From: an uncultured Phycisphaerales bacterium
Lineage (GTDB): Bacteria > Planctomycetota > Phycisphaerae > Tepidisphaerales > Tepidisphaeraceae
Length of the DNA: 64,000 bases
Direction: 5' to 3'
Assembly (NCBI GenBank): GCA_963755915.1
Contig: CAVWLP010000002.1
Location: 1,984,001-2,048,000 of the forward strand
The notes beneath the pieces were generated by a model. The model had not been told where the DNA came from and made no database searches. It saw nothing but the letters and a program-made list of their open reading frames with translations. This document shows positions 49,147-57,120 of this stretch, in pieces (position 1 is the stretch's first letter; each line of letters opens with the position of its first letter). A program made the position numbers and the translations under genes.

Positions 49147-49746
49147 ATGAAACGCTTCTGCCGATGGGTGTTTAATCTTTTGACCCTTCTGTCGCTGCTG
49201 CTTTGTCTGGCGATGGGGGCGGTTTGGATCCGGAGTTACTTCGCTTTTTCCCAACTTGTTGAAGGCCACCATTACAGGATGATTGACGAAAAAACATTGC
49301 GCTGTTCGATTTTCCAGCTCTATCTGTCGAAAGGGGCGTTTCAATACGGAAACGCCTGGTACGACTACAAGGATAAATTTCTCATCCAGGCGATGTTGCC
49401 GGCCGGGAAATCATCCTGGCAATTTTCCCACTCCAATGTCGGCGGAGTTTTGTATATCCCTCCGCCGAAGGGATCGATCGCTGGAGTTGCGATTTCATTT
49501 ACACTTCCCGTGCCGGCGAGGGGGCAAGTCGCACAGGTCGACGCGCGGCTGCCGTATTGGGTGTTGGTGATTGCCTTTGCATTTTTGCCATTCGTTTGGA
49601 TCGCGCGATTCGCTCGTCAAAGGGGGCGAGATCGGCTGAAAGCCGGAGGCTGCTGCGTCCGTTGCGGGTATGACCTACGCGCCACGGCCGACCGATGCCC
49701 GGAGTGCGGGAATATTCCGGCGAAAACGAAAGTAATTTCAGTCTAA
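49147..49746 (+). CDS. Two-TM membrane protein with a C-terminal Zn-ribbon (CGYDLRATPDRCPECG family)
   Basis: MKRFCRWVFNLLTLLSLLLC...WIRSY, variable middle, LPYW TM helix, CVRCGYDLRATADRCPECG. TACAAT lies just upstream of the ATG. Confidence 0.88.
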   Translation: MKRFCRWVFNLLTLLSLLLCLAMGAVWIRSYFAFSQLVEGHHYRMIDEKTLRCSIFQLYLSKGAFQYGNAWYDYKDKFLIQAMLPAGKSSWQFSHSNVGGVLYIPPPKGSIAGVAISFTLPVPARGQVAQVDARLPYWVLVIAFAFLPFVWIARFARQRGRDRLKAGGCCVRCGYDLRATADRCPECGNIPAKTKVISV

Positions 49747-49754
49747 CCCACTGC
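49732..49754 (-). repeat. IS1-like terminal inverted repeat, degenerate copy 3
   Basis: gtaatttcagtctaacccactgc; 17/23 identical to 47950-47972; supplies the gene's stop codon. Confidence 0.5.
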
Positions 49755-51039
49755 TCCGTTGGTAGGTCGATCCCACCGACGAGATCAAAAACCCCCCAAA
49801 CAGGATGAAAATCGCCCACAGCGGAAGAAGATAACGATCGGCAATGCTTGTCACGAGATAGGGCGCCACCGAAAGGAATCCCGCCAGCGCCAGCCAAAGT
49901 GCCTTGCTACCGCGCCTCCAGGCAAGGACCAATCCGCCGATACCGAGCACTGAGGTGAGCGCCGCCAATGCGACCTTGTCGATCATGATGCCGTCGCGCA
50001 CCACGCCCGTTAGAAACGGCGGAACTCCCCCGCGAAGAGGAAGCGGTTCGCCAATCAATGCGTAGAGCGCGCGCTTCGAACACAACCGAAAAAAGCCGAG
50101 CGGGTCGGATCGCACTCGCTGCACAAAGGCCACCCGGCATTCGCGGAAATATTCCATTTCACCGGCGCGGATCAGCAATTCCCTCTGTGCCGGATTGACG
50201 AACGGGTGCTGGGCCAGGGTGGCGTCATCGATCAATCCCGATGCGCCGTTTCGATTGCCGAGCCAGAGTTCAAATTCGGCTCCTCCGCGCACGTACATGA
50301 GCCGCCGAAACTCGATCGCGTTGCGCACGGTCCACGGCGCCAGCACCAGACAGAAGACGCCGACCGACAAAGCAGTCGCATTGAAGCGTCGAGAGATCGG
50401 CTGGATCCGGACGGTGCGCCAGAGGATCAGCGGGTACGCGAAAACATAGCCGGCATTGATCAAAGACAGCACCCCCAAGCCGGCGGCTATGGTGGCGACG
50501 GAAGCCGGCCGGGTCGAGCGCTGAACCGCGACCAGAATCCAGATGAAAAGCGCCAGCGCTGGATAGGCGTCCCAGTATTGTGACATATAATATAAAAATG
50601 TGGGATGAATGATGAGCAATCCCGCGGCGATCCATCCGGCCGCGGGAGAAAAACAAGCGGCTCCCAAAACCCGTATGCCCGCCACCACTGCGGCAAAACA
50701 GCCGGCGTTAAGGAGCATAAGCGAGGTCGTCGCGGCTGGCGTGCGGATGCCGGATGCGCGGTAGATAACTGCCATCAGCCAGGGATAAATCGGCGGGCTC
50801 CAGCTCGTGGGCGCGGGATGGTTGGAGGGATCCATTGGGCTGCCGAAACCTTCGCCCCGCGCCAAATGAATCGCGATATTATTTTCTTCGGCGAACGGAG
50901 GAAACCGCTGATAATCGCGGCCCACCTGCACACCGGCGCCCCAGCAACCGGCGATCAGAAAAACCCAAATGTCCCGAATTCCGAGCCGCGATTTGATGCG
51001 GCCGGGCGAATTTAGTGCTGGTGAATCCAGATCGCCCAT
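49738..51039 (-). CDS. GT-C fold (ArnT/GT39-like) membrane glycosyltransferase
   Basis: Multi-TM; PPIYPWL, PWTVRN, LWLGN and RYLLP motifs. Confidence 0.7.
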   Translation of the reverse strand: MGDLDSPALNSPGRIKSRLGIRDIWVFLIAGCWGAGVQVGRDYQRFPPFAEENNIAIHLARGEGFGSPMDPSNHPAPTSWSPPIYPWLMAVIYRASGIRTPAATTSLMLLNAGCFAAVVAGIRVLGAACFSPAAGWIAAGLLIIHPTFLYYMSQYWDAYPALALFIWILVAVQRSTRPASVATIAAGLGVLSLINAGYVFAYPLILWRTVRIQPISRRFNATALSVGVFCLVLAPWTVRNAIEFRRLMYVRGGAEFELWLGNRNGASGLIDDATLAQHPFVNPAQRELLIRAGEMEYFRECRVAFVQRVRSDPLGFFRLCSKRALYALIGEPLPLRGGVPPFLTGVVRDGIMIDKVALAALTSVLGIGGLVLAWRRGSKALWLALAGFLSVAPYLVTSIADRYLLPLWAIFILFGGFLISSVGSTYQRSSGLD

Positions 51040-51074
51040 TTTTGCTCACTGGCGGGCGATGTCAACCGTGGAAC

Positions 51075-51102
51075 TTGCCGCGGGGGTGAAATCTGTTATA
51101 TT
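51075..51102 (+). promoter_or_regulatory. Sigma70-type promoter with extended -10
   Basis: TTGCCG-16 nt-TATATT with TG upstream of the -10 box; GGAG RBS before 51133. Confidence 0.5.
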
Positions 51103-51132
51103 CACGCCCCCTAAATCCGATTTGGAGTTGCA

Positions 51133-51435
51133 ATGTCTCTAGACCTGAAAACCGGCTCTTCCGTCCGCGTCACCGTCTCCCGGGCCATCACCCGGGCGGC
51201 CGCCCGCAAAACCATCGAGCGCCTCTTCATGCGCGATAAAGCCGTCCGCCGGCCCATCGACGTCCGCAGCCGGAATTTCAAGGAACTCCCCAAGCGCCGC
51301 GGCGGATGCATCTGGACCAAGCGCCCCAACAAGGTTCATCCTTCGCTGGACAAAGGAACTTTCGCGACCGTGAAAGTAACCCCGCAGTCAATCCGCGACC
51401 TGAACAGCGTCGCGGAATTCGTCGAAGTGAAGTAA
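51133..51435 (+). CDS. Small basic protein, possibly a divergent uL30-like ribosomal protein
   Basis: 100 aa, Arg/Lys-rich, strongly biased codon usage, RBS. The N- and C-terminal segments resemble the uL30 pattern. Confidence 0.75.
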   Translation: MSLDLKTGSSVRVTVSRAITRAAARKTIERLFMRDKAVRRPIDVRSRNFKELPKRRGGCIWTKRPNKVHPSLDKGTFATVKVTPQSIRDLNSVAEFVEVK

Positions 51436-51454
51436 CCCAGGAATCCGCCCCGAT

Positions 51455-51483
51455 AAAAAAGCCACACGATGGACATCGTGTGG
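51455..51483 (-). terminator. Rho-independent terminator between convergent genes
   Basis: Stem ccacacgat / atcgtgtgg with an A6 tract on the left, i.e. a U-tract for minus-strand transcripts. Confidence 0.7.
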
Positions 51484-51539
51484 ACTGTTATCAAAGCTGT
51501 CGGGTGCTTGCACCCACAGAACCCCGACCCGAAAAAAAT

Positions 51540-51926
51540 CTAATTCGGCTTCCCCGCGATCATGTCCAGCAGCGCCTTCAAATTGAAGGGCTTGGGCAAA
51601 AACTGGACGGGTTGCCCGTGCAAAACGCTGGCCTCATATTCCCCGCTGATCGCGATGACCCGCGCCGGGCGATGGCTCTCCGGCAGCTTGGCGCAGTGCT
51701 GAAGCAGCTCAAACCCGTCCATGATGGGCATTCGCAGGTCCGTCAGCAAAACGTCGAAGTGCTGGGTAAGGAGATAATTCAGCCCTTCTTCGCCATCGCG
51801 TGCCGTTACCACTTCGGCTCCCGCCTGGCGAATCAGCTTGCCCATCGCGAGCCGCGTGGGCGTGTGGTCTTCGATGACGAGAATCCGCTGCCGTTTCCCG
51901 GCCGGTTCTGAACTTACGTCTGGCAT
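51540..51926 (-). CDS. Single-domain response regulator (CheY-like receiver)
   Basis: ILVIEDH, LLTDLRMPIMDG, ISG and KPF motifs. Confidence 0.92.
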   Translation of the reverse strand: MPDVSSEPAGKRQRILVIEDHTPTRLAMGKLIRQAGAEVVTARDGEEGLNYLLTQHFDVLLTDLRMPIMDGFELLQHCAKLPESHRPARVIAISGEYEASVLHGQPVQFLPKPFNLKALLDMIAGKPN

Positions 51927-52000
51927 CGCAGTCAACAGATTAACTCCACCCTCTGCGGGTATTCAATACCTCTAGGATATCGCAAATAAGGACTTGTAGT

Positions 52001-52690
52001 CTAGTCTCCTAATTCCCGCCAGCAACCATCCGTGCAAAGCACCTGGCAGGGCCGGAAATCCGCCTTATACCGCATCTTTCGGCAACCCTCCACCCAAAAC
52101 CCAAGGTAATAATGTTCCATTCCCAGCCCATTTGCATAGTCGATCTCACACAAGGCCCCAAACGTGCCCAGTCCACGCTCCCGCTCGGCCGGGTCAAAAT
52201 AGAAATAAACACTGCTGAGCGATTCCGGAGATAGATCGCAAACCCCGACGGCCAGCAGACGCCCCCCTTCATCGCGGTAACAAAACTCCACGGTCTTCAC
52301 GGGTGAGCGATAAAGAAAATGCTCGAACGCCGGCCGGTCGTCGGCTTCCGAAAGGCCATGCCACTGCGTCTGATAACGGCGGTAAAGCTGGTATTTCTCG
52401 TCCGTCGGCTGCGGCTTTCCGGAGGCAATCTTAAGATCCGAATTCCGACGCCGGCATCGCCGCTGCGATTTGCTGGCGCGAAACGTCCCCACCGGCACCC
52501 GCAGCGGCCGGCACTCCCGGCACCCGCGGCAGACCGGCTGATAGATCACCGCGCCGCTCCGCCGGAATCCCGCTTCCAGAAATCCCTGATAAATCTCCGG
52601 CGTCATCCGCTGCGCGTAAATCGCGCGAAAGGTCGCCTCCCGGCCCGGAAGATAGGGGCAGTCGTGCGGGGGAATTGTCGTCAGTTCCAC
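52001..52690 (-). CDS. Arginyltransferase-like (ATE/Bpt family) aminoacyl-tRNA-protein transferase
   Basis: CPYLPGR, GFRRSG..IYQPVC..C..C, LSSVYFYFDP, YYLGFWV...KMRYKA motifs. Confidence 0.92.
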   Translation of the reverse strand: MELTTIPPHDCPYLPGREATFRAIYAQRMTPEIYQGFLEAGFRRSGAVIYQPVCRGCRECRPLRVPVGTFRASKSQRRCRRRNSDLKIASGKPQPTDEKYQLYRRYQTQWHGLSEADDRPAFEHFLYRSPVKTVEFCYRDEGGRLLAVGVCDLSPESLSSVYFYFDPAERERGLGTFGALCEIDYANGLGMEHYYLGFWVEGCRKMRYKADFRPCQVLCTDGCWRELGD

Positions 52691-52764
52691 CCCGATCGGC
52701 GCGGGGGCGCCGGATAAATCGATGAGACCGCCTCAACCATTCTCAAAAGTATATCCCGCCGATT

Positions 52765-54300
52765 TCAATATGCCTGCGCGAATAACACCCGGCTGGTGGT
52801 CGGTTCGCCGGAAAAAATGCATTTCCCGCTCTGCCCGGCCTCGTCCGGCAGAATGCAGCGCACGGTGGCCTTGGTCTGCTCCTTGATCTTTGCCTCGGTC
52901 GCCCGGTCGGGCTTGAACCACGCCCGCACGAATCCGCCCTGCTCGGCGATTATCTTTTTCAGCTCGTCATAACTGCCGGCATCGCGGATGTTTTCGTCCC
53001 GGAATTTCCGCGCTTTCTCAAACATGATCGTCTGAATCTGCGACAGCCTCTCCTTTAGCCAGGCTGCGGAAATGTCTCCCAGTGCGACGGTCGTTTTTTC
53101 GCGGTCGAGCCGGCGCTTCACCACCATTACGCCCCCGGCGACATCGCGCGGGCCGATCTCGATGCGCAGGGGAACGCCGCGCTGTTCCCAGTGATATTGC
53201 TTGTCTCCAGGCCGCGCGTCCCGCCAGTCGACCAGGATCTTCTGCCCCTTCACCTTGTCGAAGAAGTAGCTGGAAATCCCATCGGCGGAAAGCCGCCCGG
53301 AAGCGGCCGCAAACTCTTCCGCCCCGGCCAGCGAGGTCACCACTTTTTCCGCGAATTCCGCGACCAGCTTGCGCTCCTCTTCGCTCTTGAAGATCGGGAC
53401 GATCGCGACCACCGTCGGCGCGGCGGCGGGGGGGATGACCAGCCCCTCGTCATCGCTGTGCATCATGATCATCGCACCGATAATCCGCGTGCTCATCCCC
53501 CAGCTTGTCGTAAAGGCAAACTGCGTTTTCTGATCCCGGCCCAAAAATTTGATGTCGAACGCCTTCGAGAAATTCTGCGCCATGAAATGGCTCGTGCCCG
53601 ACTGAAGGGCCTTCCCATCCTGCATCAGGGCCTCGATCGTGTAGGTCGATTCCGCGCCGGGGAATTTTTCCGCATCCGTCTTCTTCCCCTTCACTACCGG
53701 TATCGCCAGGAATTGCTCGGCAAAGTCTGCGTAAACATCCAGCATCCTCAGCGTTTCTTTCTGTGCCTCCTCGGCGGTTTCGTGCGCCGTGTGCCCCTCC
53801 TGCCACAAAAATTCCGCCGTCCGCAGGAACAGCCGCGTGCGCATCTCCCACCGCATCACGTTGCACCACTGGTTGATCAGCAGCGGCAGATCGCGATAGC
53901 TCTGCACCCACTGCGAGTACATATATCCGATCATCGTCTCGCTCGTCGGCCGGATGATCAGCGGCTCCTCGAGCTTCCCGCCCGGCTGAAGCCCCTTCTC
54001 CCCCTTCTCCAGCTTCGAATGCGTAACCACCGCGCATTCCATGGCAAACCCCTCCACGTGCTCCGCTTCCCTGGTGAGAAAACTCTGCGGAATCAGCAGC
54101 GGGAAATAGGCGTTCACGTGGCCCGTTTCCCGGAACCGCCGGTCGAGATCGCGCTGAATCGCCTCCCAGATGGCATATCCCTCCGGCCGGATCACCATCA
54201 TCCCGCGAACCGGGCTGTAATCCGCCATCTGGGCCGCTTTGATCACGTCGAGATACCACTGAGCGTAGTCTTCACTGCGAGGTTTGATGTTTTTGGCCAT
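52765..54300 (-). CDS. proS: Proline--tRNA ligase (archaeal/eukaryotic type)
   Basis: IRPTSET, QWCNVMRWE, FLRTAEFLWQEGH, LQSGTSH, SWGMSTR and C-terminal FAQAY. Confidence 0.97.
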   Translation of the reverse strand: MAKNIKPRSEDYAQWYLDVIKAAQMADYSPVRGMMVIRPEGYAIWEAIQRDLDRRFRETGHVNAYFPLLIPQSFLTREAEHVEGFAMECAVVTHSKLEKGEKGLQPGGKLEEPLIIRPTSETMIGYMYSQWVQSYRDLPLLINQWCNVMRWEMRTRLFLRTAEFLWQEGHTAHETAEEAQKETLRMLDVYADFAEQFLAIPVVKGKKTDAEKFPGAESTYTIEALMQDGKALQSGTSHFMAQNFSKAFDIKFLGRDQKTQFAFTTSWGMSTRIIGAMIMMHSDDEGLVIPPAAAPTVVAIVPIFKSEEERKLVAEFAEKVVTSLAGAEEFAAASGRLSADGISSYFFDKVKGQKILVDWRDARPGDKQYHWEQRGVPLRIEIGPRDVAGGVMVVKRRLDREKTTVALGDISAAWLKERLSQIQTIMFEKARKFRDENIRDAGSYDELKKIIAEQGGFVRAWFKPDRATEAKIKEQTKATVRCILPDEAGQSGKCIFSGEPTTSRVLFAQAY

Positions 54301-54339
54301 GTCGTTTGAGAATAGCGGTTTTGCAGGTCGGAGTGGAAT

Positions 54340-54639
54340 CTATCCCGCTTTGCGAGTCCGCTTGGGCAATGGCTCCTCGTCGCTGCCAAGGTTCCATTCG
54401 TCGGGAGTAAAGGCAAGGAGCATTCCGACCATGGATTTGGCTTTATCGCCGAATTCGGCTTCGAGTGCGTCCCAGATCATTACCTGGCGCTTGAGATCGC
54501 GTTTGCCCTTGAAGGTTGCGGAGATTACATCGCCGATAATCCAACTGCCGGATTTCTCCAGCACAAACTGGGGATCGCGCAGTTTGAGTCGGCGCTTCAA
54601 TACCTCCGTCAGCCGTTTGGTCGTCAGTTTTGTTGCCAT
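54340..54639 (-). CDS. Small BolA-like / degenerate MNT-like protein
   Basis: VISATFKGK....RQVMIWDAL...LLAFTPDEW pattern; overlaps the HEPN gene stop. Confidence 0.65.
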   Translation of the reverse strand: MATKLTTKRLTEVLKRRLKLRDPQFVLEKSGSWIIGDVISATFKGKRDLKRQVMIWDALEAEFGDKAKSMVGMLLAFTPDEWNLGSDEEPLPKRTRKAG

Positions 54640-55091
54640 ATTGCCTCACATCGTCGAACAATTGTCCAGCTCGCGTTGCAAAAATCGGCCGCGGCTTTTT
54701 TCATCGTGCGCCGCTTGCCGTCGATTTCTCTGAGATTGTACCAGATCGATTCGATTTTCGAGTCAGACAGAAAACGCATATTGTTATTCCAAAGTCTGGC
54801 GACGATCTGGACTCTTCCCGCAATCGCCTCCCGAAGCTCCGACCCTCGCAAAATGCGTACGTCTCTCACGAGTTGAAGCATTTCGCGCAAATCATGGCCG
54901 GTGTCGAGCGTCTTTTTTCCTGTCTTGTATTCGGGATCGCCATGCCAGATCACCGCTCGCAGCATTCCCTCGACGGCCCGGCCCGCAAGATAAATCGCGC
55001 CTCCAAAGCGCTGCTGGCTCAAGAGTGCCAACGCATCATTGAGTCGATCGTATGCGCCTCTCCGGTAATCTTCGCCGCCGATTCCCGCCAT
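54624..55091 (-). CDS. HEPN-domain protein
   Basis: A.DRLNDA.ALL...RFGGAIYLAGRAVE.MLRA, TGHDL and W...MRF helical-bundle pattern. Confidence 0.78.
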   Translation of the reverse strand: MAGIGGEDYRRGAYDRLNDALALLSQQRFGGAIYLAGRAVEGMLRAVIWHGDPEYKTGKKTLDTGHDLREMLQLVRDVRILRGSELREAIAGRVQIVARLWNNNMRFLSDSKIESIWYNLREIDGKRRTMKKAAADFCNASWTIVRRCEAIWQQN

Positions 55092-55100
55092 TGCCTCGCC

Positions 55101-56356
55101 TCAATGCGGCATCGGAAATGCCTTGCAGAATTCCGCAACCTCGGTGCGGATTTTGGCGAGGGCGGAGGCGTCGTCCTTCCCCAAAAGCGCCCGGTCGATG
55201 AATGAGGCCACCGCAATTAAATCGTTTTCCTTCAACCCGCGCGTTGTTACGGCCGGCGTGCCCAGCCGGATTCCGCTGGTCACCTTAGCCGGTCGCGTAT
55301 CGTTGGGAACCCCGTTGAAATTCGCGATGATTCCGGCTTTCTCCAATGCCAGGGCCGCATCGACTCCGGTAAGACTTTCGCTCCGGGCACGCAGATCCAC
55401 CAGCATCAGATGGTTGTCGGTGCCTCCGCTGACAATTCGATACCCATGCTTCTGAAGCGCGGCCGCCAGCGACTTCGCATTCTTCACGATCTGCTGCGCG
55501 TAAGTCTTAAACGCCGGCTGAAGATCCTCCCCAAACGCCACTGCCTTTGCCGCGATGATGTGCATCAGCGGCCCCCCCTGCATCCCGGGGAAAACCGCCT
55601 TGTCGATTTTCTGCGCAATCTCCGCATCGTTGGTCATGATCATCCCCCGCGCGGCCCACGGAGCGTCTTGTGCGTCGTCGTCGTCACGATCTGGGCATGC
55701 GGAAACGGCGATGGATGCACGCCCGCCGCCACCAATCCGGCGATGTGGGCGATGTCCGCCATCACTACGGCCCCGCATTCATCCGCAATCGCACGGAATT
55801 TCGCGAAGTCGATGATCCGCGAATAAGCCGAATACCCGCACAAAAGCAGCCTGGGCTTGTGCTCGAGGCAGACTTTCCGCACCGCGTCATAGTCGATGCA
55901 CTCAAAATCTTTGCGACTCGAATCGTAAACCAAAGGATAGTGAACCGGGTTAAACCATTTCCCGCTCATGTTCACCTTGCGCCCGTGAGAAAGGTGCCCG
56001 CCATCCGCCAGAACCAGGCTGGCAAACGTATCCCCTGGATTCATCATGGCCAGAAAAACCGAGCCATTCGCCTGCGCGCCGCTGTGCGGCTGCACGTTGG
56101 CAAACTGGCACCCGAAGAGTTTCTTGGCCCGCTCAATGGCGATCATTTCGATCTGATCGTAGTTGCCGCACCCCTGGTAATAACGGGCGTTGGGGTATCC
56201 CTCAGCATATTTGTTGGTCAGCACGCTGCCGGCCGCTTCCATCACGGCCTTGGAAACGTGGTTCTCGCTGGCGATCAGCTCCAGCGTCGATTCCTGCCGG
56301 GCGGCTTCCTTGCGGATCAATTCGGCAATCTGCGGGTCGGTTTCAACGAGGTTCAT
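55101..56356 (-). CDS. glyA: Serine hydroxymethyltransferase (frameshift near 55650)
   Basis: [44 protein letters not shown] and SGIRLGTPA motifs. Confidence 0.97.
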
Positions 56357-56478
56357 GGTCAAACGCCTTTCGTCGGAAAGCGACCAATTCTAGCGTTTCG
56401 CCGCCGATTTGACACGGCCCTTGCCGGCCACTCACAAATCGCTATAATTAGTGTCCACTTACTTATCGGGAGGCCTTG

Positions 56479-57024
56479 ATGACGCGATACCGGACGCTTT
56501 TTGCCCTCGCCCTTGTCGCCGCCGGCCTGCTTTTTTTCGCCGGCTGCTACAACACCCAATATCCCCTGGGGTCCGCCGACAAGGCCTCCATCGATCCGGC
56601 CTACGTCGGCGATTACGCCCTGACCGAAAACAACCAGAACGAAACCATCGTCATCCGAAACCTGGACAACCACTCCTACTACGTCGAATACGACGAACCC
56701 GGCAAAGCCCCCCTCCGCATGGTCGGTTATACGGCCGAAGTGAACGGCGACACCTTTGCCAACCTGCGTTCGCTCACCGATGACGGATCCATCGACAACA
56801 CTTACCTGATCATGCGAATCGCGTTGTCCCCCGATCGCGGCAGGCTCTCCGTCCGAAACCTCAAGGACGACTTTTTCAAGGGTAAGACGATCAATTCATC
56901 CGACGATCTTCAGCAAATCATCGCGGCCAACCTGGATAACGACCTGATGTACGACGGCGCCGCCACCGACGCGATGCGCGTAACGCCACCCGCGAATCCC
57001 ACCACCGCGGGGTCTCATTTCTAG
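56479..57024 (+). CDS. Hypothetical lipoprotein
   Basis: Lipobox FAGC after a hydrophobic stretch; GGAGG RBS. Confidence 0.75.
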   Translation: MTRYRTLFALALVAAGLLFFAGCYNTQYPLGSADKASIDPAYVGDYALTENNQNETIVIRNLDNHSYYVEYDEPGKAPLRMVGYTAEVNGDTFANLRSLTDDGSIDNTYLIMRIALSPDRGRLSVRNLKDDFFKGKTINSSDDLQQIIAANLDNDLMYDGAATDAMRVTPPANPTTAGSHF

Positions 57025-57120
57025 ACGGAACAACGATTCAACGACACAAGAACTGCTGTTTAGCCGCGACCCAAAGGGGAGCGCTTTTGCAGCACCTGAC
57101 GAATCGGGTTGTGTCATCCG

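Noticed and set aside
46220-49754. Diversity-generating retroelement acting on the Zn-ribbon genes
   Set aside because: No reverse transcriptase and no template/variable repeat pair differing only at adenines.
44300-51040. Integron cassette array
   Set aside because: No integron integrase, no recognisable attC (RYYYAAC...GTTRRRY) hairpins, and mixed gene orientations. The repeated motif fits an IS end better.
55640-55660. Programmed ribosomal frameshifting in glyA, trpC and other split genes
   Set aside because: No consistent slippery heptamer or stimulatory structure; the number and spread of breaks indicate sequencing error.
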